Source: Acidobacteriota bacterium (GTDB taxonomy: Bacteria; Acidobacteriota; Polarisedimenticolia; SMYD01). From it: a stretch of 58,338 nt of DNA. The stretch is from assembly GCA_004356015.1 (NCBI GenBank), contig SMYD01000194.1:1-58338 (forward strand), written 5' to 3'. Position numbers and translations under genes: made by a program. How positions within the stretch are numbered: position 1 is the stretch's first letter; every line of letters begins with the position of its first letter. Below, in pieces: positions 45,216-54,029 of the stretch. The notes below the pieces were generated by a model. It was given only the letters and a program-made list of their open reading frames with translations. It was not told where the DNA came from and ran no database searches.

Positions 45216-45562
45216 TTCGTCCCAATCTGGGTGATATTCGCCAGGAGCCGGTTGGTACGCCGCGGCGCAAGGCGGCACCGCCGGATGCCACCAGCGCCGA
45301 AGCCTACTATTACGTCAAGCAGATGGAGGCCGCCACGCCCATCGTGGTGGTTCTCAACGATGGCGAGCGCCTGGAAGGGATCATCGAGTGGTACGACAGG
45401 ATGTGTATCAAATTGAAGCGTGAAGATGCCCCGGATCTGGTGATCATGAAGCATGCGGTGCGGTACATCCACAAACACGAGGATTTCGAAGATAAAGACC
45501 CGCTGCCCGAGGCTGATGATCCAACGGTGGGCAAATCCAGGAAAAGCACCCGCAAAACCTGA
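45197..45562 (+). CDS. hfq: Hfq-like (Sm-fold) RNA chaperone with N- and C-terminal extensions
   Basis: PIVVVLNDGERLEGIIEWYDRMCIKLKREDAPDLVIMKHAVRYI aligns by eye to the Hfq Sm1/Sm2 pattern (..L.NG..L.G.IE.FD...I.L......V.YKHAI). It has an N-terminal extension of about 40 aa and a charged tail. Confidence 0.62.
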   Translation: MSNRQLIRPNLGDIRQEPVGTPRRKAAPPDATSAEAYYYVKQMEAATPIVVVLNDGERLEGIIEWYDRMCIKLKREDAPDLVIMKHAVRYIHKHEDFEDKDPLPEADDPTVGKSRKSTRKT

Positions 45563-45732
45563 AGGCGGTCCGCCGCACGCCAGAGAGAGCGAACCGGTCA
45601 TCTGCGATATCACACCGCCCCGGTTCCATGGCTTGCTCCATCACTCCGACAGCTCGTAGTTTATGTGTGTCGAGACCAGCCAGACCAATCCGGCAGGTTC
45701 ATGCCATCGGTGTTCCTGCTCACCTCTGTGAA

Positions 45733-46527
45733 TCATCCGGCCTGGGAGTTTGACGGGGCCACGGCCTGCCGCATGTCCGCGTGGATGCCCGGTGAGGCCG
45801 CGATGATGGAGCGCCCCTCCAGCCAGTTCCCGCCACCGGCGTAGTCGCTGATGCTGCCACCGGCTTCCTGTACGATCAGGCCGCCCGCCGCCACATCCCA
45901 GGGCGCCAGGCCCATCTCCCAGAAGCCGTCACTGCGCCCGGCTGCCACCCAGCACAGGTCCAGAGCCGCCGAGCCGTCCCGCCTCACGCCGGCCGAGATG
46001 GAGAGAAGGCGCCGGAACCCCTCCAGGTACTCATCCAGATGGGCCAGCTCGCGAAAGGGGAAGCCGGTGACAAGCAGGCTCTGATCCAGGCAATCCTGGC
46101 CGCTGACCCGGATCGGCTCCCCGTTGAGGGTGGCGCCGCGGCCGGCGGCGGCCATGAACATCTCGTCGCGCATGGGATCGAAGACGACTCCGGCCTTCAA
46201 CTCACCACCATCCTGAAAGGCGATGGAAACGGCGAAGAACGGGTAACCGTGGATGAAATTCGTTGTCCCGTCCAGGGGGTCCACGATCCAGCGGCGGCCG
46301 GCAGTGGTCTTGCGCAGGGCGGATTCTTCGGCGAGGAACGGAATGCCGGGGCAGCTCGCGTCAAGACTGGCGACGACAAGCTCTTCAGCCTCACGATCCG
46401 CCTGGGTGACGAAGTCATGAAGCCCTTTGGACTCCACCTGCAGATCGCCCAGGCGAGCCTGGCGCCGGCGCAACAGGCCTCCGGCTTGCCGCGCCGCCCG
46501 CTCCATGGCCGTCAGGGGGGAACTCAC
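45733..46527 (-). CDS. suhB: Inositol monophosphatase family protein (SuhB-like)
   Basis: HDFVTQADREAEE, WIVDPLDGTTNFIHGYPFFAVSIA, WDVAAG. I prefer GTG 46527, which overlaps the xerC stop. The track ORF extends to 46860, inside xerC. Confidence 0.85.
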   Translation of the reverse strand: MSSPLTAMERAARQAGGLLRRRQARLGDLQVESKGLHDFVTQADREAEELVVASLDASCPGIPFLAEESALRKTTAGRRWIVDPLDGTTNFIHGYPFFAVSIAFQDGGELKAGVVFDPMRDEMFMAAAGRGATLNGEPIRVSGQDCLDQSLLVTGFPFRELAHLDEYLEGFRRLLSISAGVRRDGSAALDLCWVAAGRSDGFWEMGLAPWDVAAGGLIVQEAGGSISDYAGGGNWLEGRSIIAASPGIHADMRQAVAPSNSQAG

Positions 46528-47432
46528 GACGACCGCCGTCGCCGGGCCCGGGGATGTGCGGCCCGGTAAGTTTTCATGACGTGCTCCAGGGAGACGTGGG
46601 TGTATTGCTGGGTCGTGGCCAGGCTGGCATGTCCCAGCAGTTCCTGGATGGAGCGGAGGTCGGCGCCTGCATTGAGGAGGTGGGTGGCGAACGAGTGGCG
46701 CAGCCCATGGGGGCTGATACGGCCGGAGATGGCGGCCTTCTGCAGGGCGCTGTTCAGGACACGCCGTACGCTGCGGTCCGTGAGGCGGCCGCCGCGGTAA
46801 TTGAGGAAGAGAGCCGGGGAGCTCAGGGACAGCCGCAGGCTGTCGCGGACGCCCAACCATTTCCTGAGAGCCGCGCGGGCCTTGGAGCCCAGTGGGACGA
46901 TGCGTTCCTTGCGCCCCTTGCCCATGAGACGCACCAGTCCTTCCTTGAGAGTGAGATCCTGGCAGTCGAGCCCGGTCAGTTCGGAGACGCGGCAGCCGGA
47001 TGCGTACAGCGTCTCCAGCACGGCCCGGTCCCGCAGGCCAAGGGGTTTGTCCTCGTCGGGTGCTTCGAGAATGGCGGCGACTTCATCCACAGGCAGATGG
47101 CGGGGAAGCCGTTGCTCACGACGGGGTGAAGCCAGTCCAACGGTGGGATCGATTTCGAGAAAACCCTCCCGGACCAGCCAGCGGAAGAAGGTGCGCAACG
47201 TCGCCAGGTGGCGCGCGATGGTCCGCTTGGTCAGTTCACGCCGGTGCAGCGCAGCCAGGTACCCGCGCACCGTGAGACGATCAACCTTGTCCGGTGCCGG
47301 TACGCCGGAGGAATCCTGTTGAAGCCAGCAACAGAAATCGTCGAGGTCGGAGCGGTAGGAGCGTTGTGTGGCCGGGGAAGCGTCACGCACGACGCTCAGG
47401 TAATCCAGGAACTGGTTGGCGGCGGTGCGCAA
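46524..47432 (-). CDS. xerC: Tyrosine recombinase XerC/XerD
   Basis: An N-terminal SAM-like domain (FLDYLSVVRDASPATQRSYRSDL) and the catalytic residues in ASGCRVSEL, HGLRHSFATHLL, LLGHASLATTQQYTHV. Confidence 0.9.
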   Translation of the reverse strand: MRTAANQFLDYLSVVRDASPATQRSYRSDLDDFCCWLQQDSSGVPAPDKVDRLTVRGYLAALHRRELTKRTIARHLATLRTFFRWLVREGFLEIDPTVGLASPRREQRLPRHLPVDEVAAILEAPDEDKPLGLRDRAVLETLYASGCRVSELTGLDCQDLTLKEGLVRLMGKGRKERIVPLGSKARAALRKWLGVRDSLRLSLSSPALFLNYRGGRLTDRSVRRVLNSALQKAAISGRISPHGLRHSFATHLLNAGADLRSIQELLGHASLATTQQYTHVSLEHVMKTYRAAHPRARRRRSS

Positions 47433-47504
47433 GGGAAGCCTCCCGCCGGCATCGTAGCGGGGCGAACGGAAGGCGTCAAAGGACCTCGGGGGGAGGTTCC
47501 GGGA

Positions 47505-48158
47505 CTACTCGCCCTTGGCGCGGCGTCGGTAAGCGTGCATGGGCACCACCTGCCCGCGTGTTGCCGCGGCGCCGTCGCCTTTGAGGCTGGGCAGGAGATG
47601 AGTGGAAACGGCATAGTCGCGGAGTTTCGCCTGGAGAATCTTACGGCCACGATGCAGGCGGCTCATGACCGTGCCCATGGGAATCTCCAGGATCTCGGCG
47701 ATCTCCTTGTACGACATATCTTCCATGAAATTGAGCAGGACCACAGCCCGGTACTCCGCAGGCAGAGCGGCCACGGCTTCTTCGACACGCCCGTCCACAC
47801 TCTTCTCCAGCAGCAGCTCTTCGGGGTTCTTGTGGCGCTTGCGCAGGTCGTCGGGCGTCACGCTGTCGTAGAAATCTTCCACCTGGGCCCAGTCCACCTG
47901 GTCCGGGGTGCGCTGCACCTTGCGGTAATTGTTGATGTAGGTGTTCTTGAGGATGCGGAAGAGCCAGGCGCGTATATTGGTGCCGGTTGCGAAGCGATGG
48001 AAGAACCGGAAGGCGCGCATGAACGTGTCCTGGACCAGATCTTCAGCGTCACGGCTGCTGCGGGTCATCCTGAAGGCGAAATTATAGAGAGAATCGGCGT
48101 GAGGAAGAGCCACTTCCTGGAACTCCTGTTTGATTTCATCCGGCGTCCGGCGGAACAT
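47505..48158 (-). CDS. ECF-type RNA polymerase sigma factor
   Basis: Region 2 DAEDLVQDTFMRAFR..NIRAWLFRILKNTYIN and region 4 LPAEYRAVVLLNFMEDMSYKEIAEILEIPMGTVMSRLHRGRKIL. The start is set at ATG 48158 (MFRRTPDE). A C-terminal extension of about 35 aa follows region 4. Confidence 0.88.
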   Translation of the reverse strand: MFRRTPDEIKQEFQEVALPHADSLYNFAFRMTRSSRDAEDLVQDTFMRAFRFFHRFATGTNIRAWLFRILKNTYINNYRKVQRTPDQVDWAQVEDFYDSVTPDDLRKRHKNPEELLLEKSVDGRVEEAVAALPAEYRAVVLLNFMEDMSYKEIAEILEIPMGTVMSRLHRGRKILQAKLRDYAVSTHLLPSLKGDGAAATRGQVVPMHAYRRRAKGE

Positions 48159-48246
48159 GTGCTCTCCCTTCGGTTTTCCCCTTGCACCACATTGGATGCC
48201 GGGGCGAAACCGGGGGTTACACCGGAAGGGCCCGGATGACGAGATC

Positions 48247-48534
48247 TCAGACCGGTTTGGTTGGAACGACGATTTCTTCGTCCGGGTCTTCCTCTTTTTC
48301 CGGCTTTCCCGCGGTTTCCACCGCCTCCATGACGGCCCCTGTGAGCCTGTCGGGTACCGGAATCTCCTCGTCGGGCCAGTGCCCCAGCCGGGCCGTGGCC
48401 CGGTAGGTTTTCTCCAGGCCGGCGCAGGCGCCGCAGGAGGCCAGATGTTCCGCCACCTCACTCTTGAGGTCCTGAGGCAGCTTTTCATCCACCCAGCTCA
48501 GCAGGAGAGACCGGACCAAGCCACAGTCGCTCAT
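48247..48534 (-). CDS. Soluble zinc-binding (ZAS, zf-HC2) anti-sigma factor
   Basis: C4..H30-x3-C34-x2-C37 (EHLASCGAC). No transmembrane segment is present and the tail is acidic. The start overlaps the stop of the upstream ECF sigma gene. Confidence 0.78.
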   Translation of the reverse strand: MSDCGLVRSLLLSWVDEKLPQDLKSEVAEHLASCGACAGLEKTYRATARLGHWPDEEIPVPDRLTGAVMEAVETAGKPEKEEDPDEEIVVPTKPV

Positions 48535-49106
48535 CCCGCCGGCACTTCCGAGGCGGGGGAGGAGAGGGAGTCGCGGAGACGCAGCCGGGCCCGGTGCAGC
48601 CGGGATGCGGCTGTGGCGGGTGTCAGGGCGAGAACGGCACCTGCCTGCACGGCGTCCCGGCCACAGGCATCCATGAGGACCCAGGCGCCCCGCAGATCGG
48701 CAGGTAACCGCCGCGCTTCCTGTCGCAGGCGCGCCCGCAATCGGCGCCGGCTGTCGTCATTTTCCAGCAGGGGGCTCCAGTCCACCGTTGCTGAGGGAGG
48801 AGATTCGACTGTGGGCTTGCCGCCACTGGCCAGCGCCTGGCGGAGCACGAAGCCCGCCAGCCAGGTGTCCAGTTCCTCCTCCTCGGCCCGGAACGCCGTG
48901 CGCTTGAAGGCGGTGGCCAGGGCCGTGGTCAGGATCTGGAGAGCCCTCTCTTCGTCACCGCTGAGCCGGAACGCCAGCCGGTAGAGCTTCGTTCCGTGCT
49001 CGCGGACAAACCGTTCCAGAGCTTTGTCGTCGTTTTTCTTGAGTTGACGCAGAAGGCTGCGTTCATCCTGCCAGCCTGGTCGTATCCTGGGAATGCGAGC
49101 CGTCAT
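48531..49106 (-). CDS. Divergent ECF-type sigma factor
   Basis: A region 2-like ERFVREHGTKLYRLAFRLSG..LDTWLAGFVLRQA and a region 4-like LPADLRGAWVLMDACGRDAVQAGAVLALTPATAASRLHRARLRLRD. ATG 49106 has a GGAGG RBS and lies 1 nt after the trmFO stop. Confidence 0.75.
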   Translation of the reverse strand: MTARIPRIRPGWQDERSLLRQLKKNDDKALERFVREHGTKLYRLAFRLSGDEERALQILTTALATAFKRTAFRAEEEELDTWLAGFVLRQALASGGKPTVESPPSATVDWSPLLENDDSRRRLRARLRQEARRLPADLRGAWVLMDACGRDAVQAGAVLALTPATAASRLHRARLRLRDSLSSPASEVPAG

Positions 49107-49107
49107 T

Positions 49108-50475
49108 CTATCCTCCCTGAACCGCGGTGGACCCATGATCGGGCAGATTCAGTGATGCACAAAACGCGGCCAGATCGGCCAGTGCCCGCTCGCCGTGGCG
49201 GCGGTTGCGCTCCCGGCGGCCCCGCCGGCCGCGACCGGCGTCGGGCAGGGCGGGAAAGAGGCCGAAGGAGATGTTGGTGGGGACGAAATGGCGCGGGTCG
49301 GCTTCGGTGATGTAGTGGGCCAGGGCCCCATGGGCCGTGGTGGGTGGGAAGGGGCGCGGCTCCTGACCCCGCGCCAGAGCGGCAGCGCCGGTGCCCGCCA
49401 TGAGGCCGGCCGCGGCCGACTCCAGGTACCCTTCCACGCCCGAGATCTGGCCGGCAAAGAACAGGCCGGCACGCGCCCTGGTCTGGTAGGTGGGGCGCAG
49501 CACCCGCGGGCTGTTGATGAACGAGTTGCGGTGGATCTGGCCAAAGCGGATGAATTCGGCCTTTGCCAGCCCGGGAATCAGGCGCAGGATCCGTTCCTGC
49601 TCGGCGAATTTCAGGTGATTCTGAAAACCCACCAGGTTGTAATGCGTGGCGGCGCGATTGTCCTGGCGTAGCTGGACCACGGCATGGGGCCGGCGTCCGG
49701 TGCGCGGGTCCACCAGGCCCACCGGTTTCATGGGTCCAAAACAGAGGGTGTCACGGCCCCGCCGGGCCAGTTCCTCGATGGGCAGGCATCCCTCGAAGAA
49801 GTGATCCTTCTCGAATTCATGCCATGTCACCGGTGCCGCTTCCATGAGGGCGTCGTAGAACCGGTCGTACTCTTCTTTATTCAGCGGGCAGTTGAAGTAG
49901 TCGCCGGCGGCATCGTCGCCGCGATCGTAGCGTGAGCCCTTGAAGGCGATGGTGGTGTCAATGGTCTCGGCCTCCACCACCGGTGCTATGGCATCATAAA
50001 AATAGAGGGCATCCTCCCCGGTGAATTCGGCGATAGCGGTGGCCAGTGAGTCGGAGGTGAGGGGGCCGCTGGCGATGATGGTGATGTTCTTCGTACCGGG
50101 CAGCTCGGTGACTTCGTCATGCCGGATCTCGATCTCAGGGCGGCTCTCCAGGGCGTCACGCACCTGCCGGGAAAATTCTGCGCGGTCCACCGCCAGGGCC
50201 GACCCGGCCGGCACCTTCGCGGAATCGGCTGCCTTCAGGATGATGGAGCCGAAACGCCGCATCTCTTCCTTCAGCAGCCCGGCGGCGTTGGTGATGACGT
50301 CCGAGCGAAACGAGTTGGAGCAGACCAGTTCGGCCAGGTCACCGGTCTTGTGGGCCGGAGTGGATCGCCCGGGCCGCATTTCCCAGAGAACGGTCCGCAC
50401 GTTCCAGCGTGCGAGTTGCCAGGCAGCTTCGCAGCCGGCCAGGCCTCCGCCGATGACATGGACAGGTTCGTTCAC
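49108..50475 (-). CDS. trmFO: Methylenetetrahydrofolate--tRNA-(uracil-5-)-methyltransferase TrmFO
   Basis: VHVIGGGLAGCEAAWQLA, LVCSNSFRS, GQISGVEGYLESAAAG. The protein is 455 aa. Confidence 0.93.
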   Translation of the reverse strand: MNEPVHVIGGGLAGCEAAWQLARWNVRTVLWEMRPGRSTPAHKTGDLAELVCSNSFRSDVITNAAGLLKEEMRRFGSIILKAADSAKVPAGSALAVDRAEFSRQVRDALESRPEIEIRHDEVTELPGTKNITIIASGPLTSDSLATAIAEFTGEDALYFYDAIAPVVEAETIDTTIAFKGSRYDRGDDAAGDYFNCPLNKEEYDRFYDALMEAAPVTWHEFEKDHFFEGCLPIEELARRGRDTLCFGPMKPVGLVDPRTGRRPHAVVQLRQDNRAATHYNLVGFQNHLKFAEQERILRLIPGLAKAEFIRFGQIHRNSFINSPRVLRPTYQTRARAGLFFAGQISGVEGYLESAAAGLMAGTGAAALARGQEPRPFPPTTAHGALAHYITEADPRHFVPTNISFGLFPALPDAGRGRRGRRERNRRHGERALADLAAFCASLNLPDHGSTAVQGG

Positions 50476-50484
50476 CCATCACCC

Positions 50485-50649
50485 TCACTTCTTCGGTTCA
50501 GGAGCGACCACCGCCTCCTGGAATCTGCACTCCTCACCGGGGGGCAGGGGTTTGTGCCAGGCCACGAAGTCGCAGTCAGTGTAGCCGGTGCAGGCGACGA
50601 ACTCGTCGGAGCGAACCGGGCTGACCCTTCTATCACCCCCCCCTTGCAT
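50485..50649 (-). pseudogene. Short topA-like 3' remnant (half of a topoisomerase I C4 zinc ribbon). It is an intact 54-codon ORF overlapping the dprA 3' end.
   Basis: My translation is MQGGGDRRVSPVRSDEFVACTGYTDCDFVAWHKPLPPGEECRFQEAVVAPEPKK. The FxxCxxYxxCDFVxWxKP segment matches the second half of TopA C-terminal zinc-ribbon repeats (compare F-Y-G-C-S-N-Y-P-E-C-D-F-V-S-W-D-K-P). The preceding CxxC and the whole catalytic body are absent. Confidence 0.55.
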
Positions 50650-51703
50650 AGCGGGGTCCAGGAAAGGCCCGGGCGAGGCTCCTCAATTCCAGTTCCAGGA
50701 GGGCGGAAACCAGGGCCGGCACGGCCAGTCCGGTCCGCCGGGCAAGATCGTCGATGGACCTGGAATCGGCAGGATCCAGGGCGTTCCAGACCTCCAGGGC
50801 CGCCGGTTCCAGGTCGGGCGGAGGGGCCTCGAGGCGGGCGGCGATGCGCCGGGCAACCCGGCGCATGATGTCGGCAGGAAATTCATCCACCACGTCGGCG
50901 GCCGAGGTGGTGAGCCGGGCCCCCTGGCGCAGGAGGTCGTGGGTGCCATGGCTGCCGGGGGCCGTGACCGGACCGGGCACGGCATAGACCTCGCGGCCCT
51001 GGTCCAGGGCCAGGCGTGCGGTGATGAGAGACCCTGAGCCGATGGCTGCCTCGACGACCACCACGCCCCGGGCCAGGCCACTGATGATGCGGTTGCGCCA
51101 GGGGAAATGCCGGGGCAGGGGGGGTGTTCCCGGTGGAAACTCACTGAGCAGGGCACCTCGGCAAGCCACTGCGGCAGCCAGGCGTCGGTGCTCCGGCGGA
51201 TAGATGACATCCGGACCGCTGCCCAGGACCGCCAGCGCCCTGCCGCCTGTGGCAGCCAGGGCGCCACCGTGGGCCGCGGCGTCGATGCCGCGGGCCAGTC
51301 CCGAGATCACGGTGACCCCTCCTTCTGCCAGGTCTCGGGCCAGGATCCGTGCCATGGCCAGCCCGTAGGGGCTGGCCCGGCGTGAGCCGACGATGGCGAC
51401 CGCCGGGTCGTCGGCTTCCAGGATGCTGCCGCGCACATAGAGGACGGGAGGCGGGTCATCGATCTCCTCGAGAAGGGAGGGATAGGCCGGGTCTCCACGG
51501 GTCAGAACCGTTATCTGTGCCTTTTCCAGACGGGGACGGAGTTCCTCAGCCTGGCGTTTCAGTATCGCGGGCTGGGGGGTGAGCTGGGTCAGGGCTTTGT
51601 CGGGGTCGCCCCCCGAAGCCTCCAGAGCCTTGCGCAGCGCGCCGGGTGATACGGGGAGAAGAGAGAGGGCCATCCAGGTGAGGCGAGAACAGGTCGCCAC
51701 CAT
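50633..51703 (-). CDS. dprA: DNA processing protein DprA (Smf)
   Basis: Rossmann-like core AIVGSRRASPYG..VISGLARGIDAAAHGGAL..AVLGSG.D.IYP..N..L, with a C-terminal winged-helix-like tail. Confidence 0.9.
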   Translation of the reverse strand: MVATCSRLTWMALSLLPVSPGALRKALEASGGDPDKALTQLTPQPAILKRQAEELRPRLEKAQITVLTRGDPAYPSLLEEIDDPPPVLYVRGSILEADDPAVAIVGSRRASPYGLAMARILARDLAEGGVTVISGLARGIDAAAHGGALAATGGRALAVLGSGPDVIYPPEHRRLAAAVACRGALLSEFPPGTPPLPRHFPWRNRIISGLARGVVVVEAAIGSGSLITARLALDQGREVYAVPGPVTAPGSHGTHDLLRQGARLTTSAADVVDEFPADIMRRVARRIAARLEAPPPDLEPAALEVWNALDPADSRSIDDLARRTGLAVPALVSALLELELRSLARAFPGPRYARGG

Positions 51704-51776
51704 GAAACACCTCCATGGGGAAGGGGAGGGTGCTGACAGGGGATGTCAGGGATGCAGGGAGAAAGAGATGATCATC

Positions 51777-53102
51777 TTATCTTATGAGTGGACGCCGCCT
51801 GATATCCGCCCACAGGTCGCCCAGCAGGTAGAACGAGCCGGCCACCAGCAGGACGCCTTCCCGGGGCGTGGCGGCAAGAGCGGCTCGCCAGGCTGCACGT
51901 GGGTTCACGAAGGCCGCGGTATGGAGAGGCATAAATTCCTTTAAAGCCTTTAATTTCATACCTCTGGGGTGTTTTGGTTGGGTTAGAATGACGGTGTCAA
52001 CCAGCTTGATTAAAGGTTTCAGCATGGCTCTTGCATCCTTGTCGGCAAGGACGCCGAACAGCAGGGTCACCGGACGGTCATCGGCCAGGTCGCGGATCTC
52101 GTGTGCCAGGCAGATCGTCGCAGCAGGATTGTGGGCGGCATCGACCACCAGCAGCCGCCCGCTGCTCAGACGGCGGCGTTCGCAGCGGCCCGGCAGGGAC
52201 ACCCCGGCCAGGGCGCTGCGCAGCGCTTTCGCGGAGGGGAGGTGGCCACCGGTCCGGGCCAGGAGCGCTGTTGCCGCCATCACCCCGAGAACCGCCTGCG
52301 CACCCTGATGTTCGCCGCGAAGCCCCAGGCGCACATCGGTCATATGGGCCGGAAGCCGGCGGCCGGCCACCGGACGGGCGCCGGTCAGGTCCAGATCCCA
52401 TCTGCCGGACCTGCTGCGGCGGGCAACGTTGCCGGACAGGGACGTGAGACGTGCGCCCCGGCTCCGGCATTCACGGCGAAAGACACGCAGCAGTTCGCGC
52501 CGCCATTCGAGGGTCAACACATCCTGTTCAGGCTTGATGATGCCCGCCTTGTTCCAGGCGATGCGCCCCAGCGTGTGACCCAGGTACTCGGTGTGGTCCC
52601 GGTCGATGCCGGTGATCACCGCCACCTTTGCGGGGATGACGTTGGTGGCGTCAAACCGTCCTCCCAGGCCGACCTCGAAGACCCCGGCCGTGGCGTGGCC
52701 GGCGCGGGCCTGCAGGAGAGCCGCCGCGGTGAGAACCTCGAAGTAGGTTGGCTGCTGGCTCAACCGGCGCCCGCGCCTCAGTCGCGTCACCGCCGCGTGG
52801 ACCTCGGCGAGACGCAGGCTCAGGGCCTCGCGGCGGATGGGCCGGCCATCAAGGCGTATGCGCTCGCGCGTGTCGGCCACATGGGGCGAACTGTAGAGCA
52901 GGGTGCGCTCACCCGCTGCGGTCAGCGTGGCTGCCACCATGGCCGCCGTGGAACCCTTGCCGTTGGTGCCGGCAACCAGCACCACCGGCAGTCCGTGTTC
53001 AGGATGGCCCAGAGCAGCCAGCAGGGTGCCGACGGCATCCAGGCCCAGCTTGACACCGAATCGCTGGCGGGCACTCAGCCACGCGAGAGGGTCGGCGGCC
53101 AC
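51777..53102 (-). CDS. folC: Bifunctional folylpolyglutamate synthase / dihydrofolate synthase
   Basis: The P-loop VAGTNGKGSTAAMVA, GLGGRFDATNV, ITGIDRDHTEYLG, VVDAAHNPAA. Confidence 0.9.
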   Translation of the reverse strand: MAADPLAWLSARQRFGVKLGLDAVGTLLAALGHPEHGLPVVLVAGTNGKGSTAAMVAATLTAAGERTLLYSSPHVADTRERIRLDGRPIRREALSLRLAEVHAAVTRLRRGRRLSQQPTYFEVLTAAALLQARAGHATAGVFEVGLGGRFDATNVIPAKVAVITGIDRDHTEYLGHTLGRIAWNKAGIIKPEQDVLTLEWRRELLRVFRRECRSRGARLTSLSGNVARRSRSGRWDLDLTGARPVAGRRLPAHMTDVRLGLRGEHQGAQAVLGVMAATALLARTGGHLPSAKALRSALAGVSLPGRCERRRLSSGRLLVVDAAHNPAATICLAHEIRDLADDRPVTLLFGVLADKDARAMLKPLIKLVDTVILTQPKHPRGMKLKALKEFMPLHTAAFVNPRAAWRAALAATPREGVLLVAGSFYLLGDLWADIRRRPLIR

Positions 53103-53118
53103 CGGGCGGGAGTCCGCG

Positions 53119-54003
53119 TCAGGAGCCGGCCGGCAGCGCCGGGTCGGCGGGAACCGGGTCCATGAGCAGGCGCAAACAGGTGATCAGTTTCTCGCGCATC
53201 TTTTTGCGTTCGACGATGAGGTCGACCATGCCGTGCTCCAGGAGAAACTCGGAGCGCTGGAACCCTTCCGGAAGTTTCTGGCGGATGGTCTGTTCAATGA
53301 CCCGGGGTCCTGCGAAGCCGATGAGGGCGCGGGGCTCGGCGATATTGAGGTCGCCCAGCATGGCGTAGGAGGCAGTGACACCACCTGTGGTGGGGTCGGT
53401 GAGGATTGAAATGTACGGGATGCCGGCATCATCCAGCCTGGCCAGCGTGGATGAGATCTTGGCCATTTGCATCAGGGAGAGAGCGCCTTCCTGCATGCGG
53501 GCGCCGCCGGAGGCGGAGATGATGATCAAGGGGTGCCGGCGCTCGAGAGCACGCTCGGCGTTGCGCGTTATCTTCTCGCCCACCACCGAGCCCATGGAGC
53601 CTCCCATGAAGGAGTACTCCATGGCCGAGATCACCACGGGAGAGTCTCCCATGCGGCCGGCGGCATTGATCACCGCGTCGTCCATGCCGGTCTTCTCCTG
53701 GTACTGCTTCAGGCGATCCTTGTAGGGCTTGGTGTCGATGAAGCGCAGCGGGTCGGTGGCGATGATTCCCATGTCCAGCTCTTCGTAGATGCCGTTGTCG
53801 AACAGGGTTGTCAGCCGTTCCCGCGCCGAGATGCGAAAATGATAGTTGCACTTGGGGCAGACGTTGGCCCGTGCGAGAACCTCCTTGCGGTAGATGATCT
53901 CCTTGCAGGAATCGCACTTGACCCACAGCCCTTCAGGGATGACGGTGCGATCCTCGCCACTGATGGCGGCCTTGGGCTGCTTGTTTTTCTTGAACCAGGC
54001 CAT
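53119..54003 (-). CDS. accD: Acetyl-CoA carboxylase carboxyltransferase subunit beta
   Basis: N-terminal zinc ribbon [35 protein letters not shown], then [13 protein letters not shown] and SGGARMQEG. Confidence 0.95.
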   Translation of the reverse strand: MAWFKKNKQPKAAISGEDRTVIPEGLWVKCDSCKEIIYRKEVLARANVCPKCNYHFRISARERLTTLFDNGIYEELDMGIIATDPLRFIDTKPYKDRLKQYQEKTGMDDAVINAAGRMGDSPVVISAMEYSFMGGSMGSVVGEKITRNAERALERRHPLIIISASGGARMQEGALSLMQMAKISSTLARLDDAGIPYISILTDPTTGGVTASYAMLGDLNIAEPRALIGFAGPRVIEQTIRQKLPEGFQRSEFLLEHGMVDLIVERKKMREKLITCLRLLMDPVPADPALPAGS

Positions 54004-54029
54004 CTATACCTCGAGCCGGGCGTGGTGAT

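Noticed and set aside
45585-45620. The hairpin GAACCGG..CCGGTTC after the Hfq-like gene as a terminator
   Set aside because: The stem is only 7 bp, the loop is about 22 nt, and no T-tract follows. This is weak evidence.
46524-47432. The tyrosine recombinase as a marker of an integrated mobile element
   Set aside because: The sequence and the context (trmFO nearby, suhB coupled) fit the chromosomal dimer-resolution recombinase XerC/XerD. No flanking tRNA, direct repeats, phage or transposon genes are present.
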